Positions 27,069-36,310 of a DNA stretch of 64,000 nucleotides are shown piece after piece (the first letter of the stretch is position 1; every line of letters begins with the position of its first letter). Origin of the DNA: an uncultured Gemmatimonadales bacterium (GTDB lineage: Bacteria; Gemmatimonadota; Gemmatimonadetes; Gemmatimonadales; GWC2-71-9); contig CAVZZO010000003.1 in NCBI GenBank assembly GCA_963779755.1, forward strand, positions 1,632,001 through 1,696,000. Reading direction: 5' to 3'. Made by a program: the position numbers and the translations under genes. The notes below the pieces were generated by a model. The model worked only from the letters and a program-made list of their open reading frames with translations, was not told the DNA's origin and searched no databases.

Positions 27069-28120
27069 TGCAGGTACCCTCCCGCCAGGGCGGCATAGAA
27101 GGCGCGCGCGTCGGACACTTCCGCGAGCGCCACCGATTCATCCGGGGTATGGCTCAGGCGGCTGGTCCCGGGGCCGCATTTGAACGCATCGCAGTGCCGC
27201 AGGAAGACCCAGTCGGAACAGGTGGGGCTGCCGTAGACCGAGGCCCGTGGCCGGAGCGTCCGCGCCAGAGGCAGCAGCCGCGAATCCGCCGGCGTCTCGC
27301 AGGGCACCAGCCGGTCCGAGGTGATGACCACTTCGGCCTTGAGCGCGTCACGCAGCGCCTGCGCCAGCTCCGCATGAGGCCAGGCCGGCGTGCTGCGGAT
27401 ATCGAGTACCGCCTTCGCCACCGGCGGAGTGACGTTCCGGCTGACGCCGGCCTCCAGCATGGTAGGCGTAATGGTCGGGTCGCCCAGCACCGGGTGGGGA
27501 CGGCCGCGGCCCACGCCGGCGAGCCGCAGCAGATCTTCCGCCAGCGCCGTCACCGCATTGGTGAACTCCCCGTCGTCGGCGGCATAGCCGGCATGGCGCT
27601 GGGTGCCGTGGGCCACCAGGTCGGCCATCATGAGCCCCCGCTGCGCCACCGCAATCTCCAGGTTGGTGGGCTCGCCGATCACCGCCGCGTCGACGCTCCC
27701 CGCAGCCGCGACCGCCGCCGGCATGGTGGTGTGCTTCGTCTCTTCACCGAGGCCGAGCAGAACGAGCAGGCGGCCGGCCTCCGGCCCGCCCGCCTCCGCC
27801 AGGTCGCGCGCCGCGAGCAGCATGGCCGCGACGCTCGCCTTGGCATCGCCGGAGCCGCGGCCGACCAGCCGCCCGTCCCGCACTTCCGGCGTCCAGGGAT
27901 CGTGAGTCCAGCCGGCACCGGGCGGGACGACATCCAGGTGCGACACCAGCGCGAGCGTCCGTCCCGGCCGCCGGCCCGGCACCGTCACGGTGACGCCGGT
28001 CGCGTCGCGGCGGACCTCGAGGCCCCAGTCGCGCACCGTTCGTTCCACCAGCTGCGCCACCGCTTCCTCATCGCCGCTGACCGAGGGCGTGGCGACCAGC
28101 TCGGATAGCAGCGACCGCTC
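27065..28120 (-). CDS. argE: M20 family deacylase (ArgE-like; acyl-citrulline/ornithine deacylase); start codon unresolved
   Basis: SHLDVV, GRGSGDAK, EE, GEPT, SDW and SHTPDE motifs. The conserved N-terminal LLSELVATPSVSGDEE lies upstream of the first GTG (28060). Confidence 0.88.
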   Translation of the reverse strand, partial: ERSLLSELVATPSVSGDEEAVAQLVERTVRDWGLEVRRDATGVTVTVPGRRPGRTLALVSHLDVVPPGAGWTHDPWTPEVRDGRLVGRGSGDAKASVAAMLLAARDLAEAGGPEAGRLLVLLGLGEETKHTTMPAAVAAAGSVDAAVIGEPTNLEIAVAQRGLMMADLVAHGTQRHAGYAADDGEFTNAVTALAEDLLRLAGVGRGRPHPVLGDPTITPTMLEAGVSRNVTPPVAKAVLDIRSTPAWPHAELAQALRDALKAEVVITSDRLVPCETPADSRLLPLARTLRPRASVYGSPTCSDWVFLRHCDAFKCGPGTSRLSHTPDESVALAEVSDARAFYAALAGGYLQ

Positions 28121-29054
28121 AGTCGGCCAGGTCGACGTCGAGATAGGTCGCTTTCTCCTTTCGGCCGACGATCATGGTGCCGCATCCCGCCCCGGTGAAC
28201 ACCTCGAGGAGCAGCGCGTCGGGGGCGGCGCCGGAGATGATATGGGTACGCTCCACCCCGTTGGCCGTGGCCCGGAGGCAGGCCTCCACCTTGGGGCGCA
28301 TGCCGCCGGTAATGGTGCCGTCGGCCATCAGGGCCGACAGGTCGTCGGCGTCGGCAAAGGTGACCAGCGACCCCGGATCGGCGGGATTGCGCAGGATGCC
28401 CGGGGCGCCGGTGAGAAAGATCAGCTTCTGCGCCCGGAGCGCCGTCGCCAGCACTTCGGCCACGGTGTCGGCGTTCACGTTGTACACCTGGCCCGCCCGG
28501 TCGCCCGCCAGACTGGCCACCACGGGAATGAAGCGGCCATCGAGCAATGTGAACAACACGCGGGGATCCACCGATTCGATGTCGCCCACGTGGCCGTAAT
28601 CGACCGTCCGGGTGACCCCGTCATCGTCGCGCACCTGGACCGGCGGACGGCGGCGGGCGGTGATCAGGTCGGCATCCACGCCCGAGAGCCCGACCGCCTG
28701 GAGATCGTGCGCCCGCAGGGTCCGGAGCAGCTCCACGTTGAGCGTGCCCGCGTACACCATGGTGGCCACTTCGAGCCCGGTATCGTCCGTGATCCGCCGG
28801 CCCGCCGCCATCCGGGGTTCGACACCCAGCCGCCGGCTCAGCGCCGAGGCCTGGGGACCGCCGCCGTGCACCACCACCAGACGGATGCCCAGAGAATGCA
28901 GCAGCCCGATCTGTGCCGCGACGTGATCCAGTACCTCAGACCCGGCCAACACTTCGCCGCCCAGCTTGACCACAAAGATGTGATCCCGGTACGCCCGCAC
29001 ATAACGGAGCGCCCCCTTGAGCCCGGCGATACCACGGGATGAATCGATGGACAT
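28119..29054 (-). CDS. argB: Acetylglutamate (acylglutamate) kinase
   Basis: VVKLGG, VHGGGPQ, GRRITD, YNVNADT and GGMRPKV motifs. Confidence 0.95.
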   Translation of the reverse strand: MSIDSSRGIAGLKGALRYVRAYRDHIFVVKLGGEVLAGSEVLDHVAAQIGLLHSLGIRLVVVHGGGPQASALSRRLGVEPRMAAGRRITDDTGLEVATMVYAGTLNVELLRTLRAHDLQAVGLSGVDADLITARRRPPVQVRDDDGVTRTVDYGHVGDIESVDPRVLFTLLDGRFIPVVASLAGDRAGQVYNVNADTVAEVLATALRAQKLIFLTGAPGILRNPADPGSLVTFADADDLSALMADGTITGGMRPKVEACLRATANGVERTHIISGAAPDALLLEVFTGAGCGTMIVGRKEKATYLDVDLAD

Positions 29055-29060
29055 GGCCTC

Positions 29061-29135
29061 TCTCAGTCCTCAGTCCTCAGTCCTCAGTCCTCATTCCTCA
29101 TTCCTCATTCCTCATTCCTCATTCCTCATTCCTTC
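29061..29135. repeat. (CTCAGTC)n(CTCATTC)n heptamer array between argF' and argB
   Basis: tctcagtcctcagtcctcagtcctcagtcctcattcctcattcctcattcctcattcc... Confidence 0.92.
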
Positions 29136-29141
29136 CCAGCG

Positions 29142-30155
29142 TTACTGCTCCAGCAGCGTCAGCAATAATGCCCGTTGCACATGCAGGCGGTTCTCCGCCT
29201 CATCCACGACCACGCTATTGGGGCCGTCCAGCACCGCGTCCTCGATTTCCACGTTGCGACGCACCGGCAGGCAGTGCATGACGATGCCCCGCCCTTCCCG
29301 GGTAGACTTGAGACGCTCCTGGGTTATCCGCCAGTCGCGGTTGGCATTGCGAAGCTGCGCCTCCTCCTCCGGGCTGCCGAAATACTTGAGCGAGCCCCAG
29401 GACTTCACGTAGACGGCATCCGCGCCGACCAGGGCGTCGTAGGGATCGTTGTTGATGTGCACGAACCGGCCGCCGGTCTGCTGCGTCAGCTTCCGGATGA
29501 GCCCGGTATCTTCCGCATCCAGCTCGTAACCTTCCGGCCGGGCGATGACGATTTCCATGCCCAGGCGGGCCGCCGCCAGCGCGGCGCTCACCGGCACGGC
29601 GGTGGGCAGCGGCTTGGGGTGCCAGGCCCAGGTGAGTACGAAACGCTTGCCCCGCGGGTCGCCCAGCTTCTCCCGCAGCGTGAGCGCGTCGGCCAGCTCC
29701 TGACAGGGATGCCGGCGCGCGCTCTCCAGGTTGATGACCGGCTTCTCGCAGTGCTGGGCGAACCCGCGCACCACCCGGTCCTCGCGCACAATGCCCCAGT
29801 TGGTGCCGCGTGGGAAGCTGCGGATGCCTACCACGTCGGCGTACCGGCCCAGTACCCGGGCCGCTTCGATCACGTGCTCGACCTTGTCCTTGTCCATGAC
29901 CACGCCGGGCTCGGTCTCCAGCGGCCAGCTGCCCTTCCCCGGCTCCAGCACCACGGCATGGCCGCCGTGCAGGAACATCGCGGTTTCGAAGCTGGCGCGG
30001 GTTCGCAGGCTCGGGTCCATGAGCACCATGGCCATGACCTTCTTCTCCAGCCCTCCCGTCACCTCACCCCGCTTGATCCGCTCGGCCAGATCGAGCAGGG
30101 CCAGGATCTCCTCCTGGCTCCACTCCTCCACCGCCAGAAAGTCGCGCTTGCTCAC
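29142..30155 (-). CDS. argF': N-acyl-ornithine carbamoyltransferase (AOTCase/SOTCase family)
   Basis: GTG 30155 overlaps the argD stop. PSLRTRASF, HPCQ, TWAWHPKPLP.AV, KSWG and HCLPVRRN motifs distinguish it from OTCase. Confidence 0.93.
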   Translation of the reverse strand: MSKRDFLAVEEWSQEEILALLDLAERIKRGEVTGGLEKKVMAMVLMDPSLRTRASFETAMFLHGGHAVVLEPGKGSWPLETEPGVVMDKDKVEHVIEAARVLGRYADVVGIRSFPRGTNWGIVREDRVVRGFAQHCEKPVINLESARRHPCQELADALTLREKLGDPRGKRFVLTWAWHPKPLPTAVPVSAALAAARLGMEIVIARPEGYELDAEDTGLIRKLTQQTGGRFVHINNDPYDALVGADAVYVKSWGSLKYFGSPEEEAQLRNANRDWRITQERLKSTREGRGIVMHCLPVRRNVEIEDAVLDGPNSVVVDEAENRLHVQRALLLTLLEQ

Positions 30156-31285
30156 GCCAGTACCTCCTTGAGGGCGGTCAGCAGCCGATCCGCCTCCGCA
30201 TGCGAGAAGGACAACGGCGGCAGGAGCCGGAGTACGTCCGGATCCGTCGCCGTCCCGGTCAGTATGCGGTGAGCGAACAGCGCGCGCTGCACCGGTGCCG
30301 CCGGCCGGCCCAGCCGGAGCCCCAGCAGAAGTCCCCGGCCGTCCACGCCCGGCAGTCCCAGCGCCAGCGCCCCCTCCCGCAGCGCTTCCCCCACCGCGAT
30401 CGCGTTGGCAATCAAACCCTCGCGGTCGATGACTTCCAGGGTGGCGAGCGCCGCGGCACAGGGGACCGGGCCGCCGCCGAAGGTGCTGCCGAGGTCGCCC
30501 GGCTTGAGCATGGCGGTGATCTGCGGGGCGGCAAGCACGGCCGCCATCGGCAGCCCGGAGGCGAGGCCCTTGGCCATGGTGAGAAGATCGGGCGTCACCC
30601 CGAACGACTCCGCGGCGGTGAAGGCGCCGCAGCGGCCGGTGCCGCACTGGATCTCATCGAAAATCAGTACCGCGCCGGCGCGGTCGCAGGCCTCGCGCGC
30701 GGCGAGCAGGAACTCCGGCGTGCAGGCCCGGGCACCGGCCATCCCCTGCACCGGCTCCAGCAGCACCGCCGCGACGGTTTCGTCCACGGCCTGCATCACG
30801 GCGGCGGGATCGTTGAAGGTGGCGCGACGCGAGATCGGCATGCCCGCCCGGCGCGCCCCGGCCTCGTACTTAGCACCGTCGCAGCAGGCCAGCGTGGCCA
30901 CGGTCCGCCCATGCCACCCGCCGGTGAGGGTGACGATCGTCTGCCGGCCGGTGTAGCGGCGCGCCAGATGCAGCGCGTTTTCGTTGGCCTCCGCCCCGGA
31001 ATTGCAGAAGAACACCTGGTCCAGCGGCACCGGCGCGCGATCGGCCAGCTGGGTCGCCAGCGTCCGCCGCAGCGGCAGGGGTACCGCGGTCGAGTAGAAG
31101 AGCAGCCGAGCCGCCTGGTCGGCAATGGCCTGCACCACGGCCGGATGGCTGTGCCCGGTCACCGCCACCGCGTGCCCGCCATAGGCGTCGAGCCATTCAT
31201 TACCGCTCTCATCCACCAGCCAGGAGCCGTGCCCGGAGACGGGACGCACCGGCATCTGGGAGTAGACGGGCATGAGATGGGACAT
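30152..31285 (-). CDS. argD: Acyl-ornithine aminotransferase (class III)
   Basis: FFCNSGAEANE, WHGRT, LEPVQG, FDEIQCG, AKGLASG and GSTFGG motifs. Confidence 0.93.
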   Translation of the reverse strand: MSHLMPVYSQMPVRPVSGHGSWLVDESGNEWLDAYGGHAVAVTGHSHPAVVQAIADQAARLLFYSTAVPLPLRRTLATQLADRAPVPLDQVFFCNSGAEANENALHLARRYTGRQTIVTLTGGWHGRTVATLACCDGAKYEAGARRAGMPISRRATFNDPAAVMQAVDETVAAVLLEPVQGMAGARACTPEFLLAAREACDRAGAVLIFDEIQCGTGRCGAFTAAESFGVTPDLLTMAKGLASGLPMAAVLAAPQITAMLKPGDLGSTFGGGPVPCAAALATLEVIDREGLIANAIAVGEALREGALALGLPGVDGRGLLLGLRLGRPAAPVQRALFAHRILTGTATDPDVLRLLPPLSFSHAEADRLLTALKEVLA

Positions 31286-31335
31286 GGAGGCCGAGAGGGT
31301 CAAGGGGGTCGAAGGTCGAAGGTCAAAGGAAGCCA

Positions 31336-32355
31336 TTAGACCGGAAAGGGGCTTCCGCCCCGTAACCCGGCCGTCTCGTCAATTCCCAGCGCCAGGTTCA
31401 TCGCCTGCACCCCCTGGCCGCCCGCACCCTTGACCAGGTTATCGATGGCCACGTTGACCTCGATCTCCCGCCCGTCTTTGCTCTCCGTTACGTGGATCAG
31501 TGCGTAATTGGTACCTGCCGCGTGGGTCAACTGGACCGGCTCATCCATCACGCGGACAAAGGGCCGGGCGGCGTAGGTCGTGCGGTAGCGTTCCGCCATG
31601 CCGGGTGGGACGTGGCGTGCGTGAAGCGTGAGGTAGATCCCCCGCACGAACGGTCCCGAATGGGTGAGCAGCCGCGCTTCCGCGTCCGGCCGGCCGGTCC
31701 ATTCGCGCCAGCGCTGCAGGATCTCGGCGTCATGCCGGTGGTGGAGCGGCGAATAGGCGAAGACGTTGTTGGCCCGAAGCGGATGGTGGGTGGTCGGCCT
31801 GGGCCGGTTGCCGCTGCCGCTGGACCCGGTGATGGCGAAGAGTGAGGGCTCGACCGGGGTCTCCAGGCCCGAAAGGGGGTACAGTGCCAGTTGCGCCGCC
31901 GTGGCGAAGCAGCCGGGCACCGCCAGCGCCGTCTTCCCCAGCAAGGCGGGCCCCAGCACATCGGCCAGCGCGTAGGTGAAGCGGCCGGCGTAGGCCGGCG
32001 CGCCATGGGGGCCGTAGTACCGCTCGTAGAGCCGGAGATCGGACACGCGAAAATCGGCGGCGAGATCGACGATGATACCGGGGCCCGCCTCGTAGACCGA
32101 CTCGATCACCCGCGACGACTCCCCATGCTCCAGCGCCAGAAAGACGACATCGCAGCCGGCGGCGGCCATGCCGGCCTCGTCACCGGCAAAGCGCGCGTCG
32201 GTCATGCCCGCCAGGCCCGGATGCACCGCCGCCAGCGGCTGGCCCGCCTGGCTCCGGCTGGTGGCCGTCAACTCGGTGACGTCCGGATGCTGGAGCAGCA
32301 GGCGGAGCAGCTCCCCGCCGACGAACCCGGCTCCGCCGATTACCGCGACCCTCAC
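31336..32355 (-). CDS. argC: N-acetyl-gamma-glutamyl-phosphate reductase
   Basis: GGAGFVGGEL, DLAADFR, PGCFAT, TGSSGSG and DNLVKGAGGQ motifs. Confidence 0.95.
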   Translation of the reverse strand: MRVAVIGGAGFVGGELLRLLLQHPDVTELTATSRSQAGQPLAAVHPGLAGMTDARFAGDEAGMAAAGCDVVFLALEHGESSRVIESVYEAGPGIIVDLAADFRVSDLRLYERYYGPHGAPAYAGRFTYALADVLGPALLGKTALAVPGCFATAAQLALYPLSGLETPVEPSLFAITGSSGSGNRPRPTTHHPLRANNVFAYSPLHHRHDAEILQRWREWTGRPDAEARLLTHSGPFVRGIYLTLHARHVPPGMAERYRTTYAARPFVRVMDEPVQLTHAAGTNYALIHVTESKDGREIEVNVAIDNLVKGAGGQGVQAMNLALGIDETAGLRGGSPFPV

Positions 32356-33431
32356 GATGTTGCTCCCGCGGGGCGGCCGGCGCGGTCGAGCGCCGCGGTC
32401 ACGATTTCCACCAGGCCCGAGGGATCGCGCAGCGCGTTCCGGGATGGCAGCCCCAGCCGGTTCTCGATGTAGCTGCGGCCCACCTCGTTGTCGGTGGCCG
32501 GCCCGGTCACCACGGTGATCGACAGGCCGTAGTCCCGCCGCATCAGCTCCGCCGCACCCCAGCAGGCCACCGGGTCGGGCGCCGCCATCACCCAGGCCGC
32601 GCCGAGGCCGGCCAGCCCCTCATCGGAAAGAATGTCCTGCACCCCGTATTCCCCGAGAATGCCGTCGCCCAGCTCCGCTACCACGACGTCGGGCCGGGAG
32701 GCGGCCAGCCGGTTGAAGAGCCCCCGGGCTACGGGCACCGTCATCCCGGCATGGGTGCTCGCGGCCCCCGCGTCGTTGAAAGTGAGCGCGGCAATGGCCC
32801 CGGCATCCTGCATGGCCAGCGCGTCGCGCATGAGCGAGACGCCGGTCAGCTTCGCCGCCGCCACCCGGCGTCCTTCCCGGGCCAGGCCCCGGACAATCTC
32901 GGTGGCCGCCGCCGTCTTGCCGGCGTTCATGCAGGTGCCCGCCACGTAGACCACGGGGACACCGGTCTCCAGCCGGTCCGCGGCCGGCACCGCGTGCGCC
33001 CGGATATTGGCCGGCGTGCCGATGCGGTCGCCCAGGTCGGGGAAAGTGAGCACCGCGCCCAGGACCTCCGCGCGGAAGGGAGGCCCGATATCGGGATTGG
33101 CCGAGGTGCACCGGCCCAGAATACCGCCCAGGTTGAGCACCTCGATCTCATTGCCGGGCGAAAGCTCGTCCGGTACCACGCCGGCGTAGCCCCGCAACGC
33201 CCGCCGGCTCCCCAGGGTGCCCGCCAGCACATCGCCGGCGCGCAGCGATACCATGCGCCCACTGGGATCTTCCAGCGTATTGTAGGTCCCCTTCTCGGTC
33301 AGCACCCGGACCGCAAGGATATAACCTTCCCGGCTGACGATCTCCGGGCCGATGATCACTTCGGATGCGAGGTGCGCATTCCGGGTCGACGAGGCAATCC
33401 GGTCCAGCCGGATACGACGGGTATGAACCAT
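32352..33431 (-). CDS. DUF1611/DgcN-like P-loop protein inside the arg operon (candidate glutamate N-acyltransferase)
   Basis: YVAGTCMNAGKT, AAKLTG..RD..M.DAGA and ELGDGILG motifs. 9-bp gap from argG and 4-bp overlap with argC. Confidence 0.7.
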   Translation of the reverse strand: MVHTRRIRLDRIASSTRNAHLASEVIIGPEIVSREGYILAVRVLTEKGTYNTLEDPSGRMVSLRAGDVLAGTLGSRRALRGYAGVVPDELSPGNEIEVLNLGGILGRCTSANPDIGPPFRAEVLGAVLTFPDLGDRIGTPANIRAHAVPAADRLETGVPVVYVAGTCMNAGKTAAATEIVRGLAREGRRVAAAKLTGVSLMRDALAMQDAGAIAALTFNDAGAASTHAGMTVPVARGLFNRLAASRPDVVVAELGDGILGEYGVQDILSDEGLAGLGAAWVMAAPDPVACWGAAELMRRDYGLSITVVTGPATDNEVGRSYIENRLGLPSRNALRDPSGLVEIVTAALDRAGRPAGATS

Positions 33432-33440
33432 GAGAACCGA

Positions 33441-34634
33441 TCAGCGACCGGAGCCGGCCCGCTGCGCGAGAAGGGAAGGAATGGCGGAAACCCGGGCGAA
33501 AGCGCGGGCTTCGTCCCCGCTCCAGAGCCGGTTATCCTCGCCGTAGGTGGCGACCGACGGGTCGAGCAGCGAGAAGGGACTGCGCACCCCGACTACCTGG
33601 AATCGGCCCGGCGCCAGACGCACCCGGGTCTCGCCCGTCACCCGCTGCTGACTGCTGGCGAGCAGGGCCTCGATATCGCGCAGCGCCGGATCGAAATACT
33701 GTCCTTCGTGCAGCCGGTCGCCATAGAAGCGGGCCAGCTGGTCCTTCCAGTAGATCTGCCAGCGGGTGAGCACCAGCTTCTCCAGCTCGCGATGCGCCCC
33801 GATCAGCACCAGCGCCGCGCCCGCTTCGAACCCCACCCGGCCCTTGATGCCCAGCGCCGTCTCGCCCAGGTGTATTCCCCGGCCAATACCATACGCCTGG
33901 GTCAGGCCGGCCAAGGCATCGACCAGGGCGGGACCGGGCTGTTCCGCGCCGTCGAGCGCGGCCGGCAGCCCGTTCGCCCAGGCCAGCACGATCTCCTGCG
34001 GTGCCGGCGCATCGGCCGGCGGGTCCAGCAACTCCGCCGGAGGCCCGGCCCAGGAGTCGTGGGTCCAGCCGCCGCCCCAGGTGGTGCCCCAGCCGCCCCG
34101 ATTCACCGAATAGGCGCCCGCCTGCGCCGGGACCGGCAGGCCGCGCTCCTGGAGATAGGCGATCGCATCCGGTCGCGACAAACGCTGGTCGCGAATGGGG
34201 GTGAGAATCTCGAGCTCAGGCGCCAGGACGCGGAAGGCCACATCGAAGCGGACCTGGTCGTTCCCCGCCCCCGTCGATCCATGGGCGACCGCCGCGGCGC
34301 CGATGGCCCGCGCCGTCTCCACTACCGAGATGGCCTGCTGCGTGCGCTCGGCGGCCACGCTCAGGGGATAGACCTCCCCCCGCAGCACATTGCCCTGAAT
34401 AAGGAAGCGGACGAAACGGTCGTGCACCTGCGCCGTGGCGTCAACCTCGTGGTGCCGGGCGGCGCCCACGGCCAACGCCTGGCGGCGGATCGCCTCCCGT
34501 TCCCCGGGCGAGGCTCCGCCGGTATACACGAACACGGTGTGCACCTCCCAGCCGGCCTCCCGCAGCCGGGGCACACAGTAGGAGGTATCCAGGCCACCGG
34601 AGAAGGCGAGGGCGGCGATTCGCTGAGATTGCAT
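33441..34634 (-). CDS. argG: Argininosuccinate synthase
   Basis: Start ATG 34634. ALAFSGGLDTS, YPLSVAAER, HGSTGAGNDQVRFD and GIKGRVGFEA motifs. Confidence 0.96.
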   Translation of the reverse strand: MQSQRIAALAFSGGLDTSYCVPRLREAGWEVHTVFVYTGGASPGEREAIRRQALAVGAARHHEVDATAQVHDRFVRFLIQGNVLRGEVYPLSVAAERTQQAISVVETARAIGAAAVAHGSTGAGNDQVRFDVAFRVLAPELEILTPIRDQRLSRPDAIAYLQERGLPVPAQAGAYSVNRGGWGTTWGGGWTHDSWAGPPAELLDPPADAPAPQEIVLAWANGLPAALDGAEQPGPALVDALAGLTQAYGIGRGIHLGETALGIKGRVGFEAGAALVLIGAHRELEKLVLTRWQIYWKDQLARFYGDRLHEGQYFDPALRDIEALLASSQQRVTGETRVRLAPGRFQVVGVRSPFSLLDPSVATYGEDNRLWSGDEARAFARVSAIPSLLAQRAGSGR

Positions 34635-34636
34635 AG

Positions 34637-34650
34637 TGCATAAGTATGCA
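34637..34650. promoter_or_regulatory. ARG box (ArgR operator) immediately upstream of argG
   Basis: Palindrome TGCATAAGTATGCA lies 2 nt from the argG ATG and overlaps a putative -10 (CATACT). A -35-like TTGCGG lies 18 nt upstream of that on the minus strand. Confidence 0.8.
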
Positions 34651-34707
34651 ATAGGCCTGGGCCGCTCCGCAAGGCCGGAAACCGAAAGGAGCAAAGGACT
34701 GGGGGGG

Positions 34708-35150
34708 ACGGCAAGGCGGCAGGACGGCAAGACGGCAAGAGCGAGCTCGAAGCCGATGCCTCCCGCAGCGCGCGTCAGGAGCGCCCACCGGTGGATGGGG
34801 ATCTGATCGCCGCGAAGCGATCCGTCGGCGCGCGGAGGGAGGCTCGGCGAGGGCAAGCGCCAGGGACTGAGCGGGAAGCTGCTACGGCGCGAGGGCCGGG
34901 GTTGCCGGCGCAGGCACCACCGAACCGGGGAGTGGCGGGGTGGTATCGGTGCTGCCGGAGCCGGCACCCCGGACCGAGCACCGCGGGCCAGATGCCCCAG
35001 GACTGAGACACTAACGGCTCCGGCCGCCCGACGCCGATGCCTCCCGCAGCGCGCGTATGTGCCTTGGAGACACGCGATGCCCTCTCCCCGGTGGCGCACT
35101 TCAGCGCGCGGAGGGGGGCTCGGCGAGGACGAGCGGGAAGAGGACTGAGG
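34708..35150. repeat. Composite modular repeat region
   Basis: GGCARGAC octamers plus modules shared with 19385-19585, 36320-36439 and 42965-43075 (direct and reverse-complement matches read by eye). Confidence 0.85.
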
Positions 35151-35251
35151 CGAAGCAACTGCGAGCCCAGCGAACACCCGGCAGAAGGATGGTTCCCAAG
35201 GTTCTTGCAGAACCGCCTTCCCCTGTCACTCCGGGACAGTAGACTTCTCGC

Positions 35252-36310
35252 ATGCTGACCACCGCCCTGGTGCTCCTTGCCCTCATCCTCGTCCTGCTGC
35301 TCATAATCCTGCTCCGCGGGGGGCCGGCAGACTCGCTACGGCAGAGCCTGGATGAAATGCGCGCCCGGGTAGACCAGCTGGCCGGTAGCCAGCAGGTCCT
35401 GCCCGGGGCCGTGACCGAGCAGGTCACCGCCCTTTCCACCCTGCTCTCCCGCCAGCTCGAGGCGTCCGATGCCAGCGTCGGCCGCCGGCTGGACGAAACC
35501 GGACGCGCGGTGGCGGACGTGCGCGAGCGACTGGGACAGCTGGCCGAGGCGACCCGGCGGCTGGAGGCGGTGGGCAGGAGCATTACCGAGGTGCAGGATC
35601 TCCTGCGGGTACCGAAGTTGCGCGGGACGCTGGGCGAGGTCTGGCTGGAGGAACTGCTGCGGCAGGTCTTTCCCGCCGGACTCTTCGAAATGCAATATGC
35701 CTTTCAATCGGGCCTCAGGGTGGACGCCGTGATCCGGATCGGGCCCCGACTCGTCCCCATCGACGCCAAGTTCCCGCTGGAAGCCTGCCAGCGCATGCTG
35801 GCCGCCCCCGACCAGGAGGCAGCCCTTCGCGAGCGCCGGGCCTTCCGCCGCTCCCTGCGATCCCGAATCGACGAAATCGCCGACAAGTACATCTGCCCCG
35901 GCGAAGGCACCTTCGATTTCGCCCTGATGTATGTGCCGGCGGAGAACGTCTATTACGAGACCGTGGTGCGCGACGAGCGGCCGGAGGAAGGCGATAGCCT
36001 GCTGGCCTACGCCATGGGCCGGAAGGTCATCCCCGTCTCACCCCATACGTTCTACGCCTATCTCTCCGCCGTGCTGCACGGCCTGAAGGGCCTGCAGGTG
36101 GAGGAGCGCGCCCGGGAGCTACAGGGCGAGTTGGGACGGCTGCAGCAGCTCACCCTCCAGTTTGTCGACAGCTTCCAGAAGGTCGGCGGCCACCTGATGC
36201 ACGCGCAGAAGGCCTGGGAAGCGGCCGGGAAGGAGCACGAACGGCTGGAAGCGAGGCTGGAAGCGCTGACAGGCCTGCGGCTGGAGGAAGGACTGAGGAC
36301 TGAGGACTGA
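35252..36310 (+). CDS. rmuC: DNA recombination protein RmuC
   Basis: N-terminal TM and coiled coil; PKLRGTLGEVWLE, DAVI..VPIDAKFP, IADKYI, TFDFALMYVPAE and VSP.T motifs. Confidence 0.93.
   Translation: MLTTALVLLALILVLLLIILLRGGPADSLRQSLDEMRARVDQLAGSQQVLPGAVTEQVTALSTLLSRQLEASDASVGRRLDETGRAVADVRERLGQLAEATRRLEAVGRSITEVQDLLRVPKLRGTLGEVWLEELLRQVFPAGLFEMQYAFQSGLRVDAVIRIGPRLVPIDAKFPLEACQRMLAAPDQEAALRERRAFRRSLRSRIDEIADKYICPGEGTFDFALMYVPAENVYYETVVRDERPEEGDSLLAYAMGRKVIPVSPHTFYAYLSAVLHGLKGLQVEERARELQGELGRLQQLTLQFVDSFQKVGGHLMHAQKAWEAAGKEHERLEARLEALTGLRLEEGLRTED

Noticed and set aside
34635..35177. N-terminal extension of ArgG in the 578-aa ORF
   Set aside because: It translates intergenic repeat DNA; homology and the ARG box place the start at 34634.
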